From contig JAHYIR010000009.1 of NCBI GenBank assembly GCA_019429305.1, forward strand, positions 1,837-65,836: a stretch of DNA of 64,000 nucleotides. The letters are read 5' to 3'. A program made the position numbers and the translations under genes. The notes beneath the pieces are model-generated. The model was not told where the DNA came from. It made no database searches and was given only the letters and a program-made list of their open reading frames with translations. Positions 20,283-30,015 of the stretch are shown here, in pieces. Numbering within the stretch: position 1 is the first letter of the stretch; the number at the start of each line of letters is the position of its first letter. The stretch comes from Candidatus Cloacimonadota bacterium. Lineage in GTDB: Bacteria > Cloacimonadota > Cloacimonadia > Cloacimonadales > JAJBBL01.

Positions 20283-21230
20283 TCATTTAACGAAATCAAA
20301 CGGTTCTATATGAACTGAAACAAGTGTATCGATACCAAACCTATTTTGTAAAGTAGCTTCCACTTCCGTAGCTATGTCGTGTGCCTGAATAACATTAAGA
20401 AAACTATTAACTTCTATATGAATATCAATTACTATATAGTTACCGACTTTTCTTGTTTTTAGATTGTGAGGATTGAGAACCCCATGAACAGATTTGACTA
20501 TCTTAATTATTTCTCTTTCTTTATCTTCGCTCAAGGAGGTCTCCAGAAGCTCCATAAAACTATCTTTTATTAATCTAAAGCCAATAAACAGAATAAAAAC
20601 ACTTACCAAAACAGCAGTTAAAGGATCTAAGATCAACCAATTATCGTTAAGGATGATTGCTCCCCCTATACCGAGAAAAGCTGCTATCGAAGTCAAGGCA
20701 TCTGTTCTATGATGCCAGGCATTAGCTATTACTGCATTGCTATGATATTTTTGACCTACTTTTTTCGTAATACGATATAAGTATTCCTTTACTATCAAAG
20801 ATAGAACAGCAGCAAAGAGTGCGATCCAACCCGGTCTGATCAGAGGTTCAGAATCAATTAGATGCCGATAAATTTGTGAGCTGTTCCTGTAAAGAATCAA
20901 AGCACCTGCAAAAATGATCATTAAGCTAATAATCACAGTCAATAGTGTTTCAAATTTACCATGACCATATTTGTGAGTTTTATCAGGAGGTTTATCAGCA
21001 ATCTTAAAACCGAGAAAGAGAAATACATCAGAGACAGAATCAGAAAGAGAATGAATACCATCAGCTATCATAGCACCACTTCTACCAAAAATACCACTGG
21101 ATATTTTCACAATAACAAGTAATAGATTGATCGCCAACCCCTTAAGGGTTATGGACAGCACACCTTTCAAGCGTTGATTTTTATCAGTAGTCGGGATCGT
21201 ATTTTCTTCTACTCTCATTAGCTTTGACAA
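20283..21230 (-). CDS. Cation diffusion facilitator (CDF) family metal efflux transporter
   Basis: Six predicted TM helices carry the CDF motifs HSLSDSVSD and HHRTDALTS, followed by a C-terminal cytoplasmic dimerisation domain. Confidence 0.85.
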   Translation of the reverse strand: MSKLMRVEENTIPTTDKNQRLKGVLSITLKGLAINLLLVIVKISSGIFGRSGAMIADGIHSLSDSVSDVFLFLGFKIADKPPDKTHKYGHGKFETLLTVIISLMIIFAGALILYRNSSQIYRHLIDSEPLIRPGWIALFAAVLSLIVKEYLYRITKKVGQKYHSNAVIANAWHHRTDALTSIAAFLGIGGAIILNDNWLILDPLTAVLVSVFILFIGFRLIKDSFMELLETSLSEDKEREIIKIVKSVHGVLNPHNLKTRKVGNYIVIDIHIEVNSFLNVIQAHDIATEVEATLQNRFGIDTLVSVHIEPFDFVK

Positions 21231-21256
21231 CTCAGTATGTTAAAATATCGAATTAT

Positions 21257-24200
21257 TTACCTTAAGATTATCACTTTACCTAATTGTTCTGTTACTTTGT
21301 TTGTTACAAGATCTCGAGCTCGAATTCTATATAGGTAAGTATTATTAGCCAGTCGGGAGTTTTCTTGATCTCTACCATCCCAATATATTTGATTATAGCC
21401 CTTTACACCTTGTGCTGTTAGTGTTCTAATCCTTCTTCCAGTTATTGTATAGATCGTAATTGTGATCTGAGCATTTTCATTTAAGAGGAAGGTAAAATAG
21501 CCATCACTGCTCATCGGGTTTGGATAGGGTAGTAATTTTTCAATAACAATACTTTCCGTGACTCTGACAATGAAGTTAACTCTGGTAACCGCAGGATTAT
21601 TGTAGTTGTCAAAAACAATAAGTTGTAGATTATGTTCACCTTCTGCCAGGTTCAGTAATTGCCAAGTTAGAGTACCTGTTTGATATGAACCTACATCATA
21701 AATGAATCCTGAAGTAGCATCTATTGGTGAACTCTGATTATCAAAGAGAATAAGTATCTTATGCCCCAATTCACCAAGTATATTAATGCCACTATCGTCG
21801 TGAATTCTGGCATAAAGTATAGGATTGGGAGACACAATATCACCATTACGGAAATTGGGTGTATCGAGCCAAATAGTCACTTCTGGAGGAAGTGTGTCAG
21901 GAACAGCATTGGCATAGGGTATATTAGTCAGACGTTTTGGATAGTAGTAGTCAACGAAATCCTTTTTAGTGCCCGGATTAAAATAATAAGATACAATCCT
22001 TCCTCTATTACCGGGTAAAATATCACCTGGGATCATAAAAGAGGAGTCATAACTTCCATTATTTAAATTACTCTGACCTCGGTAGTATATACTACCCCAT
22101 TGCGTATAGTCGAAATCGAGTTGGTCTGCTTGCCCGGTGTATTTTAGATCCTGCTCAGAACTATAAGCAATAATATCTATAATGCTATCAGTACCGGATT
22201 CGGAAAAAGAACCACTCAACTCGACTAGCTGATAAGCAAAGAGACTGTCGGGATTGTTATAAATGCTAATATTTTGTGTTCTTTGTGGAGTTACGATTGG
22301 TAACACCGGATCTCCCATATAGGTATAATATCTATGCTGTGACTCTGACAACGAGTTCTTAGCTTGCATTAAAGCAATTCCAGGCGATTCATAGTTGTTG
22401 ATAATACTGACCATGAAGTTCCGCATAAGACGACGATTAGGTCCCGGTGATGTATCAAAGTTAGCGGCTAAAGATGCTATAGAGCCACCATTGGGATGCC
22501 AAAGTAGATTCTCACTTAAACTACTTAACCCGAAATAATCATACTTACCGACGCTGCATGATGCTGAAATAAAAAGAGGTAAATGATCTCTGTTTTTTAA
22601 TAACTGTATATCTATCATTCTAAAATAACTCTCATCCCCTAACATATGAGGAGCACCATGACCAATATAAAGCCAGATCAATCTACCTTCATTTATAGTT
22701 GATATCATCTCTTCACGTGCCAAAGGTTTGTTACCAAAAGGATCAAAAGGATAGTTAAATCCAAAAATCTTATCAACTATCACACTGGGTGACATTAGTT
22801 GGGATATCTCTTGGATATCCAAAGAATGTCCGATCTCTTCGTTGTTTGTACCTTTATATTCATCATCAGCGAAAAATAGAGGAGTGTTTTTCCATAATCC
22901 CGGTGTAGGATTAATCCAGTAGTTGAAGATCTTATCAAACACGATATCACTTTGATTGATATTTTCAACAGTTATTCTACCTATGCCTATATCGGGAAGA
23001 TTGTTCCCTGATTGATCAACAAAGAAATCTTCACTGGTTTCAACTCCTTTATGAAAGAGGATCAGTTTATTCTTCTCGGCAGCAAGTCCGGAAAAATTAC
23101 GCCAATCAACAGATCCCGAACCAATAAGGGTTATATACTTCAAAGAGGTAGTTCCTTCAATAATCGGATAATTATAAAAGGCATGACGTATAAAAAGTCG
23201 AATGGCATTGGGGTCAGGCATGCCACTGTTGAACTGATTAAAAATCTCTTGTTGATCAACTATCTTGGTAGCAATTCCCCTCTCATTCTGATATTTAAGA
23301 GCGAGTTGATCTGCATATCCTCTAAAAATCTCCGGAGTTATGATTATTGCTTCAACAGGGAAGTTCTGGATAGTTAGATCAACAGGGAAATCTTCTTGAA
23401 AGTTACCTACAGTTAAGTATTCACCGTCTCTGACAACAGCATATTGAGTATCTTGACCACCGAGACCTGTAATTGAAAAATCATATCCTGTTCCGGGTTG
23501 TGGTGAATCAACTTCTAACTGAGAGACTTGGTGGAAATCAACAATCTCAAACGCTCGTAGATTCTGTATATTGCTACCTGTTAGATTATACTGCACAGTT
23601 TGATTAAAATCCTCTTCATTGATAGAAAAAAGTAGTTGGCTATTCCCTTTGGAGAGCAATCTATGATAATAAACAGTAAAATAATCAAAATAGATCGAGC
23701 TGCTACCGGTACGATGGATAGTCAAAACAGCATTATTAGTTCCGTTTTGTAGAAAGTTACTATCTCTCTGAAAAGTTCGGTAACCGCTACCAACCCAGCT
23801 CTGGCGATTAATAATCGTATTGCCATTGATATTCATCGATAGACTGTGCGTGCTTGAATCGCCAGCTTGTACTGCTATAATAAATTTCTGTTCTTTACTT
23901 GTATCGACATTATTAAGGTTGAAGCTATAATTATGATTTGTGTCGGTAACACCGGTCAATAATGAAGTAAACCATGTAAATCCTCTCTGGTCTCTTCTGA
24001 CGCTTTCAGATTCATAATGGAAGAATTGCGGGCTACTAGTTCTTGTTATTGATGCTTGCCCATGATTCTGCAGTGGCATTCTTTTTGGTGGTTCAGAAAA
24101 ATCACCTCCAAATGTTAACCAATATACAGTCCTTCCTGAGTAGGGGTTAAAATAATGATTTACTGTTGATGATAAATACTCGTTTTGGGCAAATCCATCT

Positions 24201-25108
24201 CTTTTATGGGCATAAAAGATTATTCTATCTCCCTGATCGAATTGTCCGTTATCTTCACCTATGATCAACAATGGTATCTCTTCAAAAGGATAACCGCTGT
24301 TACTCAACAGGTTAGGAAGTAATTTCCCGCCTGTAGAAAAAATACGAATATTGCGAGGATCAATAATGTCTAAAGGGAGTGCAGAAAGCTGCTGATAGGT
24401 TAATTCATACATCCCGTTTTCAGATATCTCAAAACTATACCAAAATTCTGACTGATAAAATGGTGCATGATTAATATCTATCTGTTCTCTTACCTGCCAA
24501 TACCTTGCAGTGTCATAATTCAGAATATTGAAACTCAGATCGATATCATCAATCTGATTATTACGCTGAGAAGTATTTCCGGTAATTCTAATACCGATAG
24601 TGATTTTTTCGCTTACTGTTAATCGCCCCTGTTCATAGTTATAAGAAAATGGATTGATAGTTACTGGGATGACAGCATTATAACGAAAGTATGTCGGCTC
24701 CCCCTGATTCAAGATCTGCTCAGAACGGTGACGATATTTTGCTTCATCTATAGAATAAACATACTCACTGACTTGCTCCCCTTGAATAACTTCTGGGATC
24801 GGCATTAATGGTTTAGAGAGCCGATGCTCAACTCTTTCTTGATTCATTATTTGAAGGTTAATTACCCCATTTTCCGGTATTCCTATATATGTTGTTAAAT
24901 AAGGTAACATTGGAGCACCAGCATCATCGGAAAAATCTATCCCCGGAGAATTCAAATATATATACTCATCTAATTCTATGAATGAGTAATCACCTAGATT
25001 AAATTCTATGAGTAAATAATCGGAGGTTTCTGCAATGATATCTAGTTTTGCATAAAGTATTACATAGAATATCATCATAGTTATCAGAACCAATATCCTC
25101 TTCATCAA
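21257..25108 (-). CDS. Large C25-family cysteine peptidase with an intact His/Cys dyad and a FlgD-Ig/T9SS-like C-terminal domain; candidate PorU-type T9SS C-terminal signal peptidase
   Basis: Signal peptide is MMKRILVLITMMIFYVILYA. The C25 core is WLYIGHGAPHMLGDE (His codon 22658-22660) and LFISASCSVGKYD (Cys codon 22556-22558), 34 residues apart versus 33 in RgpB. The C-terminus is LLPYPNPMSSDGYFTFLL...NTYLYRI...VIILR. About 800 aa precede the catalytic core, as in PorU-like proteins. The PorU assignment is inference. Confidence 0.7.
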   Translation of the reverse strand: MMKRILVLITMMIFYVILYAKLDIIAETSDYLLIEFNLGDYSFIELDEYIYLNSPGIDFSDDAGAPMLPYLTTYIGIPENGVINLQIMNQERVEHRLSKPLMPIPEVIQGEQVSEYVYSIDEAKYRHRSEQILNQGEPTYFRYNAVIPVTINPFSYNYEQGRLTVSEKITIGIRITGNTSQRNNQIDDIDLSFNILNYDTARYWQVREQIDINHAPFYQSEFWYSFEISENGMYELTYQQLSALPLDIIDPRNIRIFSTGGKLLPNLLSNSGYPFEEIPLLIIGEDNGQFDQGDRIIFYAHKRDGFAQNEYLSSTVNHYFNPYSGRTVYWLTFGGDFSEPPKRMPLQNHGQASITRTSSPQFFHYESESVRRDQRGFTWFTSLLTGVTDTNHNYSFNLNNVDTSKEQKFIIAVQAGDSSTHSLSMNINGNTIINRQSWVGSGYRTFQRDSNFLQNGTNNAVLTIHRTGSSSIYFDYFTVYYHRLLSKGNSQLLFSINEEDFNQTVQYNLTGSNIQNLRAFEIVDFHQVSQLEVDSPQPGTGYDFSITGLGGQDTQYAVVRDGEYLTVGNFQEDFPVDLTIQNFPVEAIIITPEIFRGYADQLALKYQNERGIATKIVDQQEIFNQFNSGMPDPNAIRLFIRHAFYNYPIIEGTTSLKYITLIGSGSVDWRNFSGLAAEKNKLILFHKGVETSEDFFVDQSGNNLPDIGIGRITVENINQSDIVFDKIFNYWINPTPGLWKNTPLFFADDEYKGTNNEEIGHSLDIQEISQLMSPSVIVDKIFGFNYPFDPFGNKPLAREEMISTINEGRLIWLYIGHGAPHMLGDESYFRMIDIQLLKNRDHLPLFISASCSVGKYDYFGLSSLSENLLWHPNGGSIASLAANFDTSPGPNRRLMRNFMVSIINNYESPGIALMQAKNSLSESQHRYYTYMGDPVLPIVTPQRTQNISIYNNPDSLFAYQLVELSGSFSESGTDSIIDIIAYSSEQDLKYTGQADQLDFDYTQWGSIYYRGQSNLNNGSYDSSFMIPGDILPGNRGRIVSYYFNPGTKKDFVDYYYPKRLTNIPYANAVPDTLPPEVTIWLDTPNFRNGDIVSPNPILYARIHDDSGINILGELGHKILILFDNQSSPIDATSGFIYDVGSYQTGTLTWQLLNLAEGEHNLQLIVFDNYNNPAVTRVNFIVRVTESIVIEKLLPYPNPMSSDGYFTFLLNENAQITITIYTITGRRIRTLTAQGVKGYNQIYWDGRDQENSRLANNTYLYRIRARDLVTNKVTEQLGKVIILR

Positions 25109-25343
25109 ATAACTCCTTACTTTTTATCTGAATACTTAGATAGTATAATAACTAACAGTATCAGAACAAGCTTTAAAATTGTCAACCGCTAAAACAGTTA
25201 ATCAATTCTCATTTGATATTTGTATAACGACAGATGTTTCTTTGGGTAATCTCTTGCGAGTACACGAGTCGGCTCTATCCAACTCGTAGAGTGACTAAAG
25301 GTAATAGAGGGATAAGATAGAAAGAAAAAGAAAGATGATAAAT

Positions 25344-25696
25344 TGGTGGAGGTGGCGGGAATCGAACCCGCGTCCAGAGATAAGCCAAAAGCTGACTCTA
25401 CATACTTAGTTGTTTTTAGATCTCACTTGCTATGCAGGGAAACAATCAAACCAGTTGCAAAGAAGCCAGTCACTAATCTTAGCAGTTGAACCATGACGAC
25501 TCTCAACTGAGCAGCTGTCAATTACGACGCTTATTATCCAACCGACAGCAAATCGGACATAAACGTAGCAGCTTATGCTGCTAATGCATAATCATAGTTT
25601 GCATTTACATTTAAGTATCACCGTGTTTTACGGGTAGGTAATCTCCCCGGTATGCATCAACAATCCTCTATATCCCTGTCGAAACCGATCACCCCC
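25344..25696 (-). ncRNA. ssrA: tmRNA (SsrA), 353 nt
   Basis: The minus strand starts with GGGGGTGATCGGTTTCGACAGGGATATAGAGG and ends with GGACGCGGGTTCGATTCCCGCCACCTCCACCA, a tRNA-Ala-like acceptor/T-arm with CCA. The internal tag frame is GCA AAC TAT GAT TAT GCA TTA GCA GCA TAA = ANYDYALAA-stop (rc of 25573-25602). Confidence 0.95.
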
Positions 25697-25950
25697 AATA
25701 TTTACCTGTAAAAGACCCTTCATAGATAATATACATGAATTTCAGATTTGTTACAGTCAAAAAAATAATCTCAGGTTAAAACGTCAAGAGATATGATTGA
25801 AGTCAAATCATAATATTTTACTGTTTATTCGTACTTTTGAGTGAAATTACTATGGAAGACAACAAGGTTAAAATATTAGTGAGATGTGTAGTAAAAGATG
25901 TGGAGAGAATTGTTTGGTAGATATCTGGGTATTGATTTCGGTTAGTTAGA

Positions 25951-26397
25951 TCAGGTAATTTCTATCTCAAATATTCTTTCATCTTTGACGGGGATATCAA
26001 AAGTTATTTTTAAAAGACCCTCTTCATAATTTACAACTGGCTGTTCAAAATTAAGTGGCATTTCAGGAAAATAGACGATTCTTTCAAAAGGACCTGACTC
26101 TATCTCCATAGTAAAGTAAGATGGATTAGAACCTTCTGCGGAAAGATATCTTTGTCCGGAAACAATAAGATATTCCTGAGACGTTCTAATTTTGACCGTA
26201 TCTTTATTTATTCCCGAGAGATCGAATATAATATGTAATTTGTCCTCTGTTTTATAAATATCACAATGAGGTTGCCAATGATCGTCTGCTGAATGAGAGA
26301 GACTGAGCGTTTTTGAAGGGAACATTGACATTTCATTCATCAGTCTTATAACCTCTCTCTGGAGATTGAGAATATCTTCAAAAATAGTTTTTTTCAT
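25951..26397 (-). CDS. Hsp20/alpha-crystallin family small heat-shock protein
   Basis: The alpha-crystallin domain pattern is WQPHCDIYKTEDKLHIIFDLSGINKDTVKI...LIVSGQR...FERIVYFP...YEEGLLKITF. Confidence 0.85.
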   Translation of the reverse strand: MKKTIFEDILNLQREVIRLMNEMSMFPSKTLSLSHSADDHWQPHCDIYKTEDKLHIIFDLSGINKDTVKIRTSQEYLIVSGQRYLSAEGSNPSYFTMEIESGPFERIVYFPEMPLNFEQPVVNYEEGLLKITFDIPVKDERIFEIEIT

Positions 26398-26417
26398 ATC
26401 AAGAGACCTTTCATTGA

Positions 26418-27362
26418 TTATTCATAGATAACGATGGGATTCTCTTCAATACGAGAAGCGTCAAAAGCTGCCTCTTCCGCATCACTGATCATTTGTTCGA
26501 AACTCTTGCTATCTTTTCCCATGGTAGCAATACCCCAACTTAATCTCTTTTCCTTGTTATCTATCTTTTCTAACAGTAGTTTATGGATGCTTTCAAGTAT
26601 CTTCTCGACCTGTTTAGCACGCTTATTTGGGAAGATAATGGCATATGTGTCATCAAAGATCTTACCAAGTATATCAATCGGTTTGATATTATTTTGTACG
26701 ACAGAGAGAACATCTATAATAAACTCACCTGTATATTGATGTCCATAGACTTTTACCAATTCATTATATTTATTGATCTTGAGTAAAGCAATAGAGAGAA
26801 TTATTGATGTATTGTATAAGAGATGAAAGAGGTATGAACCCTTCTCCATAAAAGTACGATAACGGTAGATTAGAGTGGTTTCATCTAGTTCTCTTTTCTC
26901 CGCAAGTGAGAGGTTCAATTTATTAATAGCGAGCTGCATTGCTGTAATTTCTGCTAAGATAACGAAAACTAATTCTTCCTCTTCTGTAAAGAAGTCGGTT
27001 GCTTTGTCGGTAAAAATGAATCCGTAGATATCTTTTTGTACTTGCAGAATATGAACCAGTATATGCCGGCATTCATGTTCAAACCGGCATGATACTGAAT
27101 CTTTTAACGATAAGAAACGATTAGCTTTCAATTCCTTGATGAAAGTATTATCATCCTGAAAAATAGTGTTTTTAGTAAAAGTATGACTGATGTTTCTCCC
27201 GATTTTGAGCTGGTATTTACCACCACTAAGTAGGAAAATCCCGCTGCTGAGAGCAGAGAGATCCTTCTGCAAAAACCCTAAGACCTTATTGAGTTGCTCT
27301 TCTAAGACCTCGGTCTTCTGCAATTGACGCACTATTTCTTCTATACGAGACAGAAGAAGCAT
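26418..27362 (-). CDS. GAF-like sensor fused to a degenerate (probably inactive) GGDEF domain
   Basis: The C-terminal half follows the GGDEF fold pattern (ALLKINKYNELVKVYGHQYTGEFI...ILGKIFDDTYAIIFPN...SWGIA). The GG[DE]EF site reads FDDTY and the upstream metal-binding D-x-D reads K-I-N. Confidence 0.65.
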   Translation of the reverse strand: MLLLSRIEEIVRQLQKTEVLEEQLNKVLGFLQKDLSALSSGIFLLSGGKYQLKIGRNISHTFTKNTIFQDDNTFIKELKANRFLSLKDSVSCRFEHECRHILVHILQVQKDIYGFIFTDKATDFFTEEEELVFVILAEITAMQLAINKLNLSLAEKRELDETTLIYRYRTFMEKGSYLFHLLYNTSIILSIALLKINKYNELVKVYGHQYTGEFIIDVLSVVQNNIKPIDILGKIFDDTYAIIFPNKRAKQVEKILESIHKLLLEKIDNKEKRLSWGIATMGKDSKSFEQMISDAEEAAFDASRIEENPIVIYE

Positions 27363-27379
27363 ATTTTTACCTCTCTATA

Positions 27380-28741
27380 TCAATATTCAATTCTTTCAGT
27401 CCAAGTAATTTCATATTCTTCATTAGGTCGTAACTCTTTGTGAAATTCCATTCGGGTTGCATCTATTTTCTCATGGGGAAGGCTTTCTCTCTGAATTATC
27501 CATGTACCTCGGATATAGTGGATCACTACTACTTTTTTTGTTTCATTACTCCGATTACGGAGTTTAACGCGCATATCATTCTCAGTAACATTTCTAGCAG
27601 GTCTTCTGGTAGCTATCAGTTCTGTTTCTCCGACAAGGTCAGAAGAGATGCCGGGAGAGATGATCCATTCTTCATTTACCGGTTTTTGAGCTACATTATC
27701 TTCTCCGACAAAAGTTAGATTAGCAATATTTCCTGTCTGACGATAGATCTGAACAGAACCACGGGGAAGCACAAACCCTAGTCCACTATCTTCATCATTA
27801 ACTATCTTAAGCTTAGTTTGTAAGCTCTTTGTATTCGTAACATATTCGTAATAAACTTCTGGTTTGATCCTTTTAGCAGGAAATAGTCTGATCTGTTTTG
27901 CTTCGGAATGTCTTAGATCTACAGGAACAGAATAGGTATACATATGATACTCATCAAGTGCTTCTGCTGTAAATTGAGGGGAAGCAGGGGCTGATTCCGC
28001 CATCATCATATCAGCATCAAAGGCACTATATCCTCTGCCATAATTGATTTGTGGTTGTGAGACTCTTTTAGGGTCTCCTGCGATCAACCCGATATTAAAT
28101 TTCTGGTAATCAACGCCAGTGTTATTAGTTATCTTTGCTAAAACATCTAACTGTAAATATTCATTATCCCATACAGCTTTATATAGTCCGGTCCAACTCA
28201 ATCCGGTAGTCAGATATGATAACTGAGCTTGATAATTACCGGCTCTGTCTGCTGTTAGTATCCAATCCAGTTTCGGGGCTCTTTCATGTTGGAAATCTTC
28301 TGATTTCAGAATATAATTCCGCACTTCTGCTATTCTGATAAATATGCTGTTATTACTGTTCTTCTCATCAACTGCCAATACCTCATTATCGTAATAGAAC
28401 AATCGTCCACTAATAAAACTGCCATCTTTGGTGACTATCTCGATATTTTTATCGATATGATTTCGTAATATATTGGCAAATCCTCTTCTTTCTTGAATGT
28501 ATCCTTGTGATTGTACTGAAAATGTGTTTGGTCGAGCAGGCAAAAGTATAATTGTATTATCAATTATTCCTGAGGGGATGTTATCATAAGAAAAAGTATT
28601 AGTACCGGATTTTAGGTTCAATTCAAGCGTTTCATTGATCAATCCGTAATTTCCATGATAAAAAATAATGCGGTTCTCGGCAAAGAGTGTTAAAGAGCCA
28701 ATCAATAAGACAAAGGTCAGTAATAAGTTCAATGTTTTCAT
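27380..28741 (-). CDS. Secreted DUF4139 (MuiA-like) domain protein
   Basis: A signal peptide is followed by an overall pattern (LSYLTTGLSWTGLYKAVWD...LDVLAKITNNTGVDY) that resembles the DUF4140/DUF4139 family as I remember it. Not verifiable without an HMM search. Confidence 0.5.
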   Translation of the reverse strand: MKTLNLLLTFVLLIGSLTLFAENRIIFYHGNYGLINETLELNLKSGTNTFSYDNIPSGIIDNTIILLPARPNTFSVQSQGYIQERRGFANILRNHIDKNIEIVTKDGSFISGRLFYYDNEVLAVDEKNSNNSIFIRIAEVRNYILKSEDFQHERAPKLDWILTADRAGNYQAQLSYLTTGLSWTGLYKAVWDNEYLQLDVLAKITNNTGVDYQKFNIGLIAGDPKRVSQPQINYGRGYSAFDADMMMAESAPASPQFTAEALDEYHMYTYSVPVDLRHSEAKQIRLFPAKRIKPEVYYEYVTNTKSLQTKLKIVNDEDSGLGFVLPRGSVQIYRQTGNIANLTFVGEDNVAQKPVNEEWIISPGISSDLVGETELIATRRPARNVTENDMRVKLRNRSNETKKVVVIHYIRGTWIIQRESLPHEKIDATRMEFHKELRPNEEYEITWTERIEY

Positions 28742-28809
28742 ATATACTCCTTTCTCGGTTAATATCTAAGTCGGGTTTATTCAATAATATAAGTTGAATT
28801 ATCCTTATC

Positions 28810-29421
28810 TCAAAGACAACTTTTAATTTTTGCTATGATCATGTCAATACCGATGAGATTATAACCCCCTTCCGGAATTATAACATTTGCATATCTCTTT
28901 GTAGGTTCAACAAACTCGATATTCATCGGTCTGACTGTTTCATAATATTGGGCAATAATTGAGGGCAGAGAACGACCTCTTTCCTCAATATCTCTTTCAA
29001 TACGACGGAGAATTCTGATATCGGAATCAGTATCAACGAATATCTTGATATCCATCAACTCTCGTAATTGCGGGTTATCAAAGATCAGAATCCCTTCAAT
29101 AATGATAATAGGAGCGGGCTTTTTCATTATTGTTGCTGAAGAACGGCAGTGTTTCTTAAAATCATAGATCGGTGATTCTATCGGTACATTGTTTTTCAGA
29201 TTCTCTAAATGTTTAAACAGTAGCAACCAATCGAAGGAATCAGGGTGATCAAAATTAATCTTCTCTCTCGCTTTCAGTGGTAAATCATTGAAAGCACGGT
29301 AATATGAGTCCTGATTAATTATTGTGATCTGATCAGGGAATTTTTCGATAATTTTTTCGGTAATTGTCGTCTTCCCAGAACCTGTACCACCGGCAATTCC
29401 GATCAATAAAGGTGTCTTCAT
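28810..29421 (-). CDS. udk: Uridine kinase
   Basis: The P-loop is IGIAGGTGSGKTT, followed by QDSYY, FDHPDSFD and IIEGILIF, collinear with Udk. Confidence 0.9.
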   Translation of the reverse strand: MKTPLLIGIAGGTGSGKTTITEKIIEKFPDQITIINQDSYYRAFNDLPLKAREKINFDHPDSFDWLLLFKHLENLKNNVPIESPIYDFKKHCRSSATIMKKPAPIIIIEGILIFDNPQLRELMDIKIFVDTDSDIRILRRIERDIEERGRSLPSIIAQYYETVRPMNIEFVEPTKRYANVIIPEGGYNLIGIDMIIAKIKSCL

Positions 29422-29451
29422 AAAAGTTTATCCTCCAAGAAAATCATCTAA

Positions 29452-30015
29452 TTAAAAAGAATTATAAATAGCAACTTCTAAGCCCGATTCAATAGGTATG
29501 GTAATACTATCAAAGTTATGATTATTGTGAAGTTTTTTCGAAAAAAGTTTTACTGAGTGCTGATGAGACAAGACATTATCGGCAACAATTAATGCTTGAT
29601 CGTTCAGTTTAGGTATGAGTAGGTCTAAATAATGATGATACTGTTCTTTATTGGCATCAATAAAAACGAAATCGTAATTATTCTCTAAGTTAGGTATTAT
29701 TTCCTCTGCTTTAGCGAAGTGTATTTTAATATTACTGATAGTAGCGAGATTTTCTTTTGCCATATTGTATCTCTCTTCATCACATTCGATTGTCTCGATA
29801 CTACTAGCAAAATCTTCTGTTATTGTAGCTATCCAAAATGCAGAATAACCGTTGGAAGTTCCTAATTCCAAGATATTTTTTGGCTTCTTAAGTTTGAGAA
29901 GCAGAGCAAGAAAATCTACCGTTTCTTGACCAATGTTCCAGAGTCGTCTGCTTTCTTCTCTTTGTTGCTCTAAACGAGATAAGATAACTTGATATTTTTT
30001 TTTCAGGATTTCCAT
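29452..30015 (-). CDS. Class I SAM-dependent O-methyltransferase (family 3, YrrM/TrmR-like)
   Basis: ORF-track entry is 29452..30108. The ATG at 30015 gives MEILKKKYQ... and avoids a long overlap with the upstream GT2 gene. Motifs are ILELGTSNGYSAFWIA and DFVFIDANKEQY. Confidence 0.75.
   Translation of the reverse strand: MEILKKKYQVILSRLEQQREESRRLWNIGQETVDFLALLLKLKKPKNILELGTSNGYSAFWIATITEDFASSIETIECDEERYNMAKENLATISNIKIHFAKAEEIIPNLENNYDFVFIDANKEQYHHYLDLLIPKLNDQALIVADNVLSHQHSVKLFSKKLHNNHNFDSITIPIESGLEVAIYNSF

Noticed and set aside
25230-25300. Short hairpin (ACGAGT-12 nt-ACTCGT) downstream of the tmRNA 3' end as its terminator
   Set aside because: It has only a 6-bp stem with a large loop and no following T-run on the minus strand. 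That is too weak to call.
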